A DNA stretch of 64,000 nucleotides from Hyphomicrobium sp. GTDB lineage: Bacteria; Pseudomonadota; Alphaproteobacteria; Rhizobiales; Hyphomicrobiaceae. A program made the position numbers and the translations under genes. The notes under the pieces were generated by a model, which made no database searches, was not told the origin of the DNA, and worked only from the letters and a program-made list of their open reading frames with translations. Of the stretch, positions 31,067 to 40,071 are shown piece by piece (position 1 is the first letter of the stretch; each line of letters starts with the position of its first letter). The DNA lies in assembly GCF_035572195.1 (NCBI RefSeq), contig NZ_DATNBA010000133.1, positions 7,021 to 71,020 on the forward strand, in the 5' to 3' direction.

Positions 31067-31639
31067 ATGACGGCAGAAAATCAGTTGCAACGACCGGGTC
31101 GAATTGGCATTCGCGTCGGAGAGGCTCTTGTCGCCGGCGGACCGCCGGGAACCGCCGCAGAACCCGAAGTCGCAATTGGCGAGATGGACGGGCCGTTCGG
31201 TACGGCGTTCGCGAACTTGCTCGGTGATCAGACGGTAGGTCACAGCCGCGTATTGGCGCTGCTCAATACCGACGTCATGGTCCGGCCGCCGACACTCTGC
31301 GTCAGCAAAGTGACGGTCACGGACGAAAGATACACCAACATTCTGATGGGTACCGTGCAGTATGCTACGGCTATGGGCGTGCTGGATGCCGTGCGCTCCG
31401 GCGACATTCCCAGGGACAAGGCCGACGAATTGGGAATCATCGTTTCGGTCTGGCTGAACCCTTCCGTGGCAACCATCAAGGATCTCGATCACAAGATCCT
31501 GTTCGACATTCATCGCAAGGCGACGACGCTGGCCATTCATAAAGCGATGGCCTTCCAGCCGTCGATCGATTGGCTGCTGGAAAACCAGGATAAGGTCATC
31601 CACAAATACTTCGAGAAGGGTCTCAAGGGAGAAATTTGA
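31067..31639 (+). CDS. fae: Divergent formaldehyde-activating enzyme (Fae) paralogue
   Basis: VGEALV, TAFAN, KVT, AMGVLDAVRSGDIP.D.ADEL.IIVSVW match the Fae family; canonical AHIDL is AEPEV here. Confidence 0.8.
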   Translation: MTAENQLQRPGRIGIRVGEALVAGGPPGTAAEPEVAIGEMDGPFGTAFANLLGDQTVGHSRVLALLNTDVMVRPPTLCVSKVTVTDERYTNILMGTVQYATAMGVLDAVRSGDIPRDKADELGIIVSVWLNPSVATIKDLDHKILFDIHRKATTLAIHKAMAFQPSIDWLLENQDKVIHKYFEKGLKGEI

Positions 31640-31777
31640 GACGCGCGCAATCGCTCGGCGTTTGTCGGGTGATTGGGTCAACGCGTCGATGAACGAAAGA
31701 ACTTCGCATGTAATCTCCGGCTCAACGATTGGGCCGGAGATGATTTTAAGCCGCGAAATGCCTGGGTTTTCCGGCAG

Positions 31778-32170
31778 CTAGGGGCGGTTTTGCAAGCCTG
31801 CTGCTACGGCGCGAAAATGCCTCATTAATTTCTTGCCGACATCCTTGTCCAAGCCGACGCGGTCAATGGCGATGGACATGCAATTCAACCAATCGTCGTG
31901 GGCCTTCCGGTCGATCTCTATATGCACGTGCATTTCCCGTACGTTCGTGTGGCCGTGTTTTTCGGCATACAATTTCGGACCACCGAGAAAGTCGGACAAG
32001 AAAGCGAATTGCTCGATCCTCGAATGGGCAACACCCATTCCTCTGAGATGCAGCATTTTGAGATCCGTGCCCTCGGGCTCGAACTCGATGACGTCATAAA
32101 AAGTCTCGACTAGGTTTCGAAGACCAGTTTCACCTCCAACAAGTGCATAGAGCGACGTATTCCCAGACAT
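31778..32170 (-). CDS. Group II truncated hemoglobin
   Basis: LY..VGG, FY (B10 Tyr), FLGGPKLY, REMH (proximal His), DW (G8 Trp). Confidence 0.9.
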   Translation of the reverse strand: MSGNTSLYALVGGETGLRNLVETFYDVIEFEPEGTDLKMLHLRGMGVAHSRIEQFAFLSDFLGGPKLYAEKHGHTNVREMHVHIEIDRKAHDDWLNCMSIAIDRVGLDKDVGKKLMRHFRAVAAGLQNRP

Positions 32171-32173
32171 TTC

Positions 32174-33628
32174 TCATTTTCCTCCTGGCGCATGATTGGG
32201 CTTGCGGCGGTCGCGGCTGACAAGGTCAGTGCGAAACGCGCACGCCCGGGGCACGTGATCGCGGCTGGAGATGACCACGATCGGCACGCTTCGGCCCGGA
32301 TGGGTCGAGCCTTCCGTCTCGCAATCGACGCGAACACTTCCCAAATGCGACGGTAGTGCCGTGTTGCTCCATTCGCCCGCGATAAAACTGTCGAAGTCGT
32401 GGCCGTTCTCGATGCCGCCCGCCATAGCAACGAGTTCGTCTACCGTCCGCCCCGCGGCGGCTTTGTAGACGCCGGGCGAGATGACGCGGCCGGCGATCGA
32501 ATACAACATCGGAGCGCCGTCGACGTCGCCATCCTGGCCGCAAAAACTGTCGATCCCCATGGACAGAATTTCAGGGATCCAACGCAACAATTCGGGCCGA
32601 ACGAGAAGGACCGAGGCAGGCGTTAGCGACGCCGCTTCACATCTTTGCGTTTCGCCCGCCCTTCTTTGTAGCGAGCTGCGGCACAAACTTTGGAGGAGGT
32701 GAACGTCATCGCTGTGGGTGTCCGGTGAAAATTCCGAAAAGGTGAAGCTGACATGGCGATCGAAACCGTAGGCGCTGAGTACCGTCAATTCTCGTTCGAG
32801 GCTGCACCGCAATGACGAGTACCGGTTGTTGCAATGAACAAGGATCTCCGGCGCACCAATGATCAAAGCCGTTATCAGCAGGCCCTCGAGCACCGAATGT
32901 GTATGGCGCTCGATAAGGTAAGTTTGGCTCATGACGCCCGGCGGCGCGTCGTCAACGAGCAGCAGAAGCTTGGCGACATCCCCCGTGTCGCGGAGCTCCC
33001 GCATCCGAATACCGATCGAAAGCTTCTCGCCTTCAAACGAGGCCAACGGCAATGCAGACAGCGCAGAAACGATGCTCTCGATGGAACGTCGCTTGGCGAG
33101 GCAACTCTTGAGAACGCCGTATCCGCCCGCATTCGTGTACGAGGAAAAGGTTTCTTGGCTCGAATCGGCGGCCTGTCCATCGCTATCGGCGTTCACCGTT
33201 CCGCCGTCGATGGCACCCGATATGACATCGTCGCCGATCGCCGCGACAGGCGCCATCCAGCAGCGGGCCATGCACGTTTCGCGAATGACGCGATGTCCCG
33301 ATCTTGCTGAAGTGATCTCATCACAAAATGCTTCGGCGCCGGCGAGAGCGCAGGGAAGCCCGACACACACCCTGATCGGAGCAGGATTTCGTTTGTCGGC
33401 GACGTTGTCCCGATCATCCATTGAGCCGCTTTTTACGGCCGCGCAGGGTTCTTCATCGTCGGCATCGATTAATGCGGATATTTCATAGCCCGGTATGTAA
33501 CCGCGCCAGCTCTGAATACTGCGCAACCATTCCGGTAGATTGTGGCACGACCTAAAGTTCAAACGCTGAGAAGCAGAAGGCACACCTTCATCATTCATCA
33601 CTAGCGAAAGGTCGGGTATGCTCACCAC
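32174..33628 (-). CDS. Degenerate NuoE-NuoF fusion (formate dehydrogenase beta-subunit-like)
   Basis: CVGLPC...CMARC [2Fe-2S] ligands, AGGY, LEGLLI, YSIAGRV..PGV SLBB region; FMN/NADH loops and the [4Fe-4S] domain are missing. GTG start with GGAG RBS. Confidence 0.75.
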   Translation of the reverse strand: MVSIPDLSLVMNDEGVPSASQRLNFRSCHNLPEWLRSIQSWRGYIPGYEISALIDADDEEPCAAVKSGSMDDRDNVADKRNPAPIRVCVGLPCALAGAEAFCDEITSARSGHRVIRETCMARCWMAPVAAIGDDVISGAIDGGTVNADSDGQAADSSQETFSSYTNAGGYGVLKSCLAKRRSIESIVSALSALPLASFEGEKLSIGIRMRELRDTGDVAKLLLLVDDAPPGVMSQTYLIERHTHSVLEGLLITALIIGAPEILVHCNNRYSSLRCSLERELTVLSAYGFDRHVSFTFSEFSPDTHSDDVHLLQSLCRSSLQRRAGETQRCEAASLTPASVLLVRPELLRWIPEILSMGIDSFCGQDGDVDGAPMLYSIAGRVISPGVYKAAAGRTVDELVAMAGGIENGHDFDSFIAGEWSNTALPSHLGSVRVDCETEGSTHPGRSVPIVVISSRDHVPRACAFRTDLVSRDRRKPNHAPGGK

Positions 33629-33702
33629 GTCTGCTCCACTTCCATTCCTTCCTCTCGTGAATACCTTTCATCGCCGTTCGACAATTGCGAGCAAGGTCAC
33701 TC

Positions 33703-33736
33703 AAGAGAAAAGAGGCTGGGAGCATTGCCCCCAGCC
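33703..33736 (-). terminator. Rho-independent terminator after dmmD
   Basis: Minus strand GGCTGGGGGC-AAT-GCTCCCAGCC (one G-U pair) followed by TCTTTTCTCTT. Confidence 0.7.
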
Positions 33737-33755
33737 AGTTCACACACGCGGAAGA

Positions 33756-34874
33756 TCACGTGCGCTCGGAAAGTGGATGCGTCTTTAGTCGCATCGGATC
33801 GTAAAACGGCATCTGGACTACAGTCGCTTTGAGGTCGCCGCCGTCATGAATGATGAGTTCGGTGCCGAGACGCGTCAAATCCGGATGAACCTGCGCCATC
33901 GCCAACGACTTCATCAGATGCCGGCTGAAGGTCGTGCTGGTAACGACCCCTACTTCTTTGCCGCCCGAAGTTATCTTCGACAGCGGAGTGACGGCGTCCG
34001 GATGGGCGACCTCGAGGCCGACAATGACCGACCGCTCTTTGCCCTTCTTATTGATTAACGCTTGCTTGCCGATGAAATCCGGTTTGGAAAGATCGACCGT
34101 CCAGTCGGCACGAACTTCCCAGGGCGTCGTATCTCCGTGCGTCATGTCAAACGGGAAGAACAGGAGGCCGCCTTCGACACGGACGATGTCGAGGCAGGAC
34201 CACGATACGGGCATCACGCCCTTGTCCTTTCCGGCGGCAAGAATGGAATCCCAGATGTGGTGCGCATCCGTGGCCGAGCAAAACACTTCGTAGCCACGCT
34301 CAGCCGAGTATCCACCGCGGGCGATCGATACCGGCTTTCCAAAAAGAGTTGTCTTTTCATGATGGAAATAGCCAAGAGAAGCCAGGTTCATAGGCGTGTG
34401 AGGCGCCAGCGTCTCCAGTGCCAAAGGTCCCTGCAGTGAAAGAATGTGAACGTTGTTATCGCGCTCGATCTCGACCTTGAAGCGCGATTTCGCGGCGTTG
34501 GCTGCTTCTTCGAAAATGCCGCCGCCATGCGACACGCGGTATTGGTTCGGACCGTCGACGTAGACCAGCACATCATCGATCAGCGCGCCGTCGGCGTTGA
34601 CGATATTGCTGATGTGAGAGTCGCCTGGCTTGGCCTTGGAAACATCGGTCGTGAGAAGATGATTCAGGAAAGCCTGGGCATCAGGCCCGCTGACCTTCAC
34701 GATTTTCAGTCCCGATACGTCGATCAGGCCGGCACGATATCGAACCGCTGCCGTTTCCTCATAAGGGCACGTCGAATAGTTCTGAGGCACGGGCATGTCA
34801 TTCCATGAGGATGACAGATCCGATCCCAATTTCCGATGGCGATCATTTAGCACCGATTGGCGTGAGGTAGACAT
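33756..34874 (-). CDS. dmmD: GcvT-like aminomethyltransferase, tetrahydrofolate-binding subunit of dimethylamine monooxygenase
   Basis: GLIDVSGL, GALIDD, LSLQGP, RGGYSAERGYE, RVEGG, FYDP; position in the dmm operon. Confidence 0.82.
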   Translation of the reverse strand: MSTSRQSVLNDRHRKLGSDLSSSWNDMPVPQNYSTCPYEETAAVRYRAGLIDVSGLKIVKVSGPDAQAFLNHLLTTDVSKAKPGDSHISNIVNADGALIDDVLVYVDGPNQYRVSHGGGIFEEAANAAKSRFKVEIERDNNVHILSLQGPLALETLAPHTPMNLASLGYFHHEKTTLFGKPVSIARGGYSAERGYEVFCSATDAHHIWDSILAAGKDKGVMPVSWSCLDIVRVEGGLLFFPFDMTHGDTTPWEVRADWTVDLSKPDFIGKQALINKKGKERSVIVGLEVAHPDAVTPLSKITSGGKEVGVVTSTTFSRHLMKSLAMAQVHPDLTRLGTELIIHDGGDLKATVVQMPFYDPMRLKTHPLSERT

Positions 34875-34936
34875 GAGCGTTTCCTTTTTCTCGTTTGCGA
34901 CGCGCTCTATCGAAAGGCGAGCGCGCCGTTGTGTTA

Positions 34937-35977
34937 TTATTTGTGCAGGAAGCCCGAAGGTGTGGGCTTGCCGTCATCGTATTTCTCGAGCCATTGCAGG
35001 GTCACGTCTCGGTACCGGGTGATCCCTTTGTAGTCGATGAGCTCTGGCGGGATCGACTTGAGCACTCGCGGGAGACGGCGAGCCCAGTCCGGCTGCGTAA
35101 CGAGTTCACGCATTTTTATAAGATAGGCGCGGATTGAAAAAAGCACCGCGTTGGATCGCGGGAGCCGCCACAACGCCTGCAGCTCGACACGCAAATGCAC
35201 TTTATCGCCGACGTTTTCCTCGGTGACGGAGGAACGGTCGATACCCCATTTGTCGTAATTTTCGGGGCTCGTATCCAGCCGCGGATTGATCGTCATCGTC
35301 CAGTTCAGGCGGCGCACCGGTTTTCCTTGCTGAAGATTGAGCAGATACTTCAGCGCGCGCTCGAAAACGCCGGCCTGATGCGCCAGCGGCACGGGGCCAT
35401 GCCATTCCATGAAATTCATGCCGACATCGAAATCGAGCGACCAATCCGCCTGCGAAGTCGCGATACCGGCATCCATCCAGAGATTGTTCTCTCTCTGATC
35501 CAGAATGGTGAAGTCGCCCTGGCACTGCCGCGTAATGTATTCCATAGGCTCGTACGGCAACGTCGACACCTCGCCGAACGTGAAGCTCTGTTCGATACCG
35601 AGAGGACGATTGATCCAATGCCACTGATTGCCATCCTGCTGCAGCGTGAAATGCTGAGGATAGTCTCGCGCCAGCGACGTCATGATCAGTTCGAGGACGT
35701 CCCACTGCGCCGTCATCATATGAGGCAGCGCTTGAACGCGACGCGGATCTGCCTTTAGGACCAGAGCCCGATCGCGCATGTCCGAGACATAGTGCTCATC
35801 TATGTCGAACGGAAATTCGTAGACCGAGCCTTTCTGTCCCGCCGTATGCGGTTCGATATTGACCGAATACATGTACTTGTCTTCCCAGAACGGGAAGGGA
35901 AACCGCTCCACTGCCGAAGGGCTGTTGGCGTACGTAAAGTCGTCGCGAAATGTTTCGTCTTTGAAGAATGTATTCAT
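34937..35977 (-). CDS. dmmC: Heme-dependent oxidative N-demethylase alpha subunit (DUF3445)
   Basis: FPFPF.EDKY.YSVN, QGDF, WHGPVP, RRLNWT, LRVELQ.L.RLPRSNA.LFSIR; AAGGAG RBS before ATG 35977. Confidence 0.87.
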   Translation of the reverse strand: MNTFFKDETFRDDFTYANSPSAVERFPFPFWEDKYMYSVNIEPHTAGQKGSVYEFPFDIDEHYVSDMRDRALVLKADPRRVQALPHMMTAQWDVLELIMTSLARDYPQHFTLQQDGNQWHWINRPLGIEQSFTFGEVSTLPYEPMEYITRQCQGDFTILDQRENNLWMDAGIATSQADWSLDFDVGMNFMEWHGPVPLAHQAGVFERALKYLLNLQQGKPVRRLNWTMTINPRLDTSPENYDKWGIDRSSVTEENVGDKVHLRVELQALWRLPRSNAVLFSIRAYLIKMRELVTQPDWARRLPRVLKSIPPELIDYKGITRYRDVTLQWLEKYDDGKPTPSGFLHK

Positions 35978-36011
35978 GAAGGCACTCCTTCCGTTCAATT
36001 GAGATTGAGGA

Positions 36012-36977
36012 TCAAAGATCCAAGGTGAGGCATCCGCCATCCATGCGCGATACGCATGTTGCGATCCTGTCTCCCTCCTTCTTCTCTTCATCCGTGAGAT
36101 AGTGATCGTTGTGATGCACGGCGCCGCCCTCGGTGTTCGTGATGCGCGTAATGCACTGTCCACAGGCGCCCCCGCGACAGAGGTAGGGCGCATCGACACC
36201 AGCCTGCTCGAGAGCTTCGAGAATGCTCTGATGTTCGCCGACGTGTATCTCTTTCCCGGATGTTGCGAGCTTGACGACAAACGGGTTTCCCGGCGTCGGC
36301 ACGCTGAAGTGCTCGGAATGGACGTTTTCATCCGGCCAGCCTTCCAGCTTCGCCGTCTCCAATGCCCAATCGATCATTCGTTGCGGACCACACACGTAGA
36401 CGTGCGTTCCGAGCCTTTGATTTTGTAGAATTGCGTTGAGCGCGATCCGCTCGCCCCGATCCGACCGGTAGAGACGGACCCCAGGCAATCCTTCTGCTTC
36501 CAGTGCTTTGAAATATGCCCCGTCTTCAGGCGACCTCACCGCATAGTGCAATTCAAAGTGCGACTTGTCGTTCCTGAATTGCGCCAGCATGGCCATGAAT
36601 GGCGTGATGCCGATGCCGCCCGCTATCAAGATGTGTTTGCGCGCGGTGTGGGCGATCGGAAAAAGATTAAGCGGATCGCTTATCTCCAGCACCTCTCCCA
36701 CTTCGACATTTTCATGCATATGGACGGAACCGCCGCGCGATTCCGCAACCCGAAGCACGCTTATAGAGTAGCGCCTGGGGTCCAAAGGCGAACTCATAAG
36801 CGAATAAGGGTTGCGGTAAACAGCGTCGCCTTTGCGCATCGTAACGATCACATGAGCTCCGGCCGAGAAGCAGGGCAAAGCCGCGTCGTCGATTGGCGCA
36901 AAATGAAATCGTTTGATCTGACTGGCGACGCGCTCGATGCTTTCAACACGCACGAGGCGCTGATTCCTCATGGTCAT
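36012..36977 (-). CDS. dmmB: PDR/VanB-type reductase (FMN plus 2Fe-2S)
   Basis: RNPYSL, GGS, AGGIGITPF, YVCGP, EHF, CRGGACGQC...C; ATGA overlap with dmmA. Confidence 0.88.
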   Translation of the reverse strand: MTMRNQRLVRVESIERVASQIKRFHFAPIDDAALPCFSAGAHVIVTMRKGDAVYRNPYSLMSSPLDPRRYSISVLRVAESRGGSVHMHENVEVGEVLEISDPLNLFPIAHTARKHILIAGGIGITPFMAMLAQFRNDKSHFELHYAVRSPEDGAYFKALEAEGLPGVRLYRSDRGERIALNAILQNQRLGTHVYVCGPQRMIDWALETAKLEGWPDENVHSEHFSVPTPGNPFVVKLATSGKEIHVGEHQSILEALEQAGVDAPYLCRGGACGQCITRITNTEGGAVHHNDHYLTDEEKKEGDRIATCVSRMDGGCLTLDL

Positions 36978-37579
36978 TGGAATTCTGCCTTCGTTTCTGG
37001 AATTTCTCCTGGAGCTTCTGCGTCGATGCGAACCCCCTGGAATGCTGCATACCGGCGCGAATAATGGTCCCGGACGATAAGAGTTAACCCGCAGTGGGCG
37101 CATTTCACCGGATTGGTCGTGACGTCTTCGGTCAGTCCCTTGCAGTGGACGCATTGCACGCGCCGCTTCAACGATCCTCTGTGCTCGGTGAAGACCGAAT
37201 TGTGCGCGATCCCATGCTCGAGCGCCGTTCGAATGACGGAACCGATCAGCGGTTCGCTGCCGGTCGCATAAAGTCTCGTGCTCATCAGCGCCGTGTTCAG
37301 CGCGGCGTTGAGGCGCGAAGTGGCGGTCTCGATCGTCGGAAACGACCAGATATTGGCAAATCCCAACGGATTGAGAACGTCCTGCGGGTCTTTGCCGTTG
37401 CCGCCCGTCCTGCAGAGCAAAATGGTGGTTCGCGCCGGAAAGCCCTCGTCGGCGAGCTTCATCATATCGAGGACGGCTTCACAGCCGGCGGCGTCGGTCA
37501 CGACGATATTCTGTTTTGCAAACAGGTCCGGTCGCAGTCCTCGATAGACCGGTCTGCTTTTGATTCCCGCTACAAGCAT
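36974..37579 (-). CDS. dmmA: Dimethylamine monooxygenase subunit DmmA family
   Basis: GIKSRPVY N-terminus; C-terminal RVQCVHCK...CAHCG...VRDHYSRR. Confidence 0.83.
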   Translation of the reverse strand: MLVAGIKSRPVYRGLRPDLFAKQNIVVTDAAGCEAVLDMMKLADEGFPARTTILLCRTGGNGKDPQDVLNPLGFANIWSFPTIETATSRLNAALNTALMSTRLYATGSEPLIGSVIRTALEHGIAHNSVFTEHRGSLKRRVQCVHCKGLTEDVTTNPVKCAHCGLTLIVRDHYSRRYAAFQGVRIDAEAPGEIPETKAEFQ

Positions 37580-37783
37580 AGCTCAGTGCTTCTCCGCTCT
37601 TGGCAATGTGAAAGGCCGCCCTTCCGCATTTGCGGTCATGGAGGCAAATTCACTTAAAGTTGGGTCAGGGCGAATAGGGAGGCTTCTTCCGCCCTGACCG
37701 TTTCACCGCAACAATCCGCTCAGAATGGCCTTACTGAGAACGAAGGACTGCTGCGATGAACGCTTCACGTCACAGCTTCGGCT

Positions 37784-39565
37784 TCATGCCGGAAGCGCGA
37801 AAAACCAGTTCGCAACGAGAACCACGACAATACCGGCAGCAAGTGTGAGATAGGGAAGGATGCCGGCCTTGCGCTGTTGCAGATCGTTAGCCGTCAGGTT
37901 CAAATCCTCAAGCATGTGGGCGGGAAACTTGCCCTTGTCCTGGACGTAGTGCCGGAACAGAAACACCGGGATGATGAGGGACGCAGCGATCGCGCCGGCC
38001 CACAACGCCATCGGGTTCCAGACCTTGGCTCCAGCACCCATGAAGGCGGCGTTGACGAACGCAAACATGGTGCCCAAGACCAACAGAATGGTAGGCGCTC
38101 GCCACGGTCTCTGGATGTGCCCATTGTCGATACGATGGATCCAGCCGGAGTTCAGGTTGAGGAAGTTGAAGATGATGTAGCAGCAGTTGGAAACCGCCAG
38201 AATGAAGAAGAAGCTGGTAGCGTCCGCGGCTGCGATCGCGAGAAGGCCCAGGTTGAATACCAGGTCCGTCCACATTGCTCTCGTCGGAGCGCCGTGCTCG
38301 TTCGCATGATCAAGATACCGAGGCAGCCAGCCGTCGACGGAACCCTGATAAAGCGTGCGAGACGATCCGGCCATCGCCGTCATGATCGACAGCATCAATG
38401 CCAGGATCATCAACATCACCATGATGTTGACCACAAAGCCCGAACCGCCGACCATCGTAGCCATCGCATTTGCGACGCCGGAGCCATCGACGATAGGCGT
38501 TGCCAGCATGCCGTTGAGGCCGAGGACGCCTTGGAACGTGAATGGCACCAAGGTGTAAAGCAACACGCACAAAAGGCCCGAGAAGAAGATGGCTTTGAAC
38601 GTGTCGGTCTTCGGATTCTTGAACTCGCTTGTGTAGCAAATGGCGGTTTCGAAAGCGTAGGTCGACCACGCCGCGATAAACATTCCGCCGAGAACCAGCG
38701 TCCAGCCGCCGACGTTCCACTCTCCCATCTCAGGAGCGTATGCGGCCTTCAGCGGAACCAACGGCGAATAGTTATCCCAATTGATCTGTCCAGTGAGGAT
38801 GGGAACCACACCGACGATCAACATCGGTATGATGACCAGCAGTCCGATATATTTCTGTACGCTGGCCGTGCCGAGGATGCCGCGATGCTGGATGGCGAAC
38901 GTGATCAGCATGAGCACCGCGCCGATAAAGAACACCCAATTCAGAGAGAAGGTGACCGGGCCGAGCGAATGCGTGAATAGAGTCCAATTGCGGAACGCCG
39001 GAGTCAGAGCTGCAACTCCGTCCTGAGCCAACAACGCGCTGACGCCTTCCGTTGCCGTATGGCCGGCGTTCGCCGCAAGCCATTCAGCAATGCGCGGACT
39101 ATCGAGCGGGATCGCACTCGCATGAGCTTGCACCCACGCCAATACATCCGGAGAGTCGGCCGCAGGAATCGGGCCGAGTGCATTTAAGATGTAAGCAGCG
39201 GCAATCGAACACCCGAGAGACAAGACCGGGGACCAGGCCAGCCAGTTGCACCACACCGATAGTGGCGCAATCAATTTGGAGTAACGCACCCAAGCAGCCG
39301 CGCCATAGATTGAAGCGCCGCCCGATTTATTTGGAAAGAGGCCTGCTATCTCGGCATAGGTGAAAGATTGGATGAAGCCCATGACCATGGACACCGCCCA
39401 AACAAGAAAGGCTACCTTTCCCGTCGTACCGGCAATGCCGCCGATTGAAAACAAAACGAGGGCCGGCACACCGCTGGCCACCCAAAAAGCACCCTTCCAG
39501 TCAATTGATCGCACTAATTCGCCGGACGATGATCGTCCCGACAATATTTGTGTTTCGACCGCCAT
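37784..39565 (-). CDS. APC-family permease, TmoP-like (methylated amine or amine oxide uptake)
   Basis: IDWKGAFWVASGVPALVLFSIG, EIAGLFPNKSGGAS, AFETAICYTSEF; immediately upstream of dmmA as tmoP is in Methylocella. Orthology not verified. Confidence 0.78.
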   Translation of the reverse strand: MAVETQILSGRSSSGELVRSIDWKGAFWVASGVPALVLFSIGGIAGTTGKVAFLVWAVSMVMGFIQSFTYAEIAGLFPNKSGGASIYGAAAWVRYSKLIAPLSVWCNWLAWSPVLSLGCSIAAAYILNALGPIPAADSPDVLAWVQAHASAIPLDSPRIAEWLAANAGHTATEGVSALLAQDGVAALTPAFRNWTLFTHSLGPVTFSLNWVFFIGAVLMLITFAIQHRGILGTASVQKYIGLLVIIPMLIVGVVPILTGQINWDNYSPLVPLKAAYAPEMGEWNVGGWTLVLGGMFIAAWSTYAFETAICYTSEFKNPKTDTFKAIFFSGLLCVLLYTLVPFTFQGVLGLNGMLATPIVDGSGVANAMATMVGGSGFVVNIMVMLMILALMLSIMTAMAGSSRTLYQGSVDGWLPRYLDHANEHGAPTRAMWTDLVFNLGLLAIAAADATSFFFILAVSNCCYIIFNFLNLNSGWIHRIDNGHIQRPWRAPTILLVLGTMFAFVNAAFMGAGAKVWNPMALWAGAIAASLIIPVFLFRHYVQDKGKFPAHMLEDLNLTANDLQQRKAGILPYLTLAAGIVVVLVANWFFALPA

Positions 39566-39670
39566 TTCGTTCCTCCGCGGATTTTATTTTTCTTATTCCC
39601 CAACCGTTCGCCTAAATTCAAAAAGCCTTTTGAAGTGAGCGCGCGGGATACAAAGGTCTGCGATTTGCTA

Positions 39671-39710
39671 TCGACCAAAATCAACCAAACTACACAATAT
39701 CCAACCATAT
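39671..39710 (+). repeat. Four 10-bp phased direct repeats
   Basis: TCGACCAAAA / TCAACCAAAC / TACACAATAT / CCAACCATAT; cores at 39674, 39684, 39694, 39704. Confidence 0.7.
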
Positions 39711-39886
39711 GCAGCTTGTGCGGACAGTATTCCGACATTGCGATTTCAACGCAAGCGAAAAAATCATTCTCTGCAGGAAAATATTTATCTCGACCTTGTC
39801 CGATTGCAGCGCACAAACGCTCGCTAAATCGGCGCAAAACGGCTTGCGACAATTGAATCCATGAGTAATTTTGGACGGCGCAAATT

Positions 39887-39913
39887 TTTGGTGGATTTTG
39901 GTTGATTATTGTC
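39887..39913 (-). repeat. Three 10-bp phased repeats, inverted relative to 39671-39710
   Basis: Minus strand GACAATAATCAACCAAAATCCACCAAA; 21/27 identical to 39673-39699. Confidence 0.7.
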
Positions 39914-40071
39914 GTTGATCGCGCTAGCTTGTTTTTATTGCAATGCAAACTTGCGGCGGCCAGATCTTGCGATGAGGCCGTCAAGTTTCCCGAGAAAGTT
40001 TCGCACCGTTATGCGGGCGTTATTTCGAGCAGCTGGGGATCGCTATTAACGCAGAGCGCTCAAACGATTGG

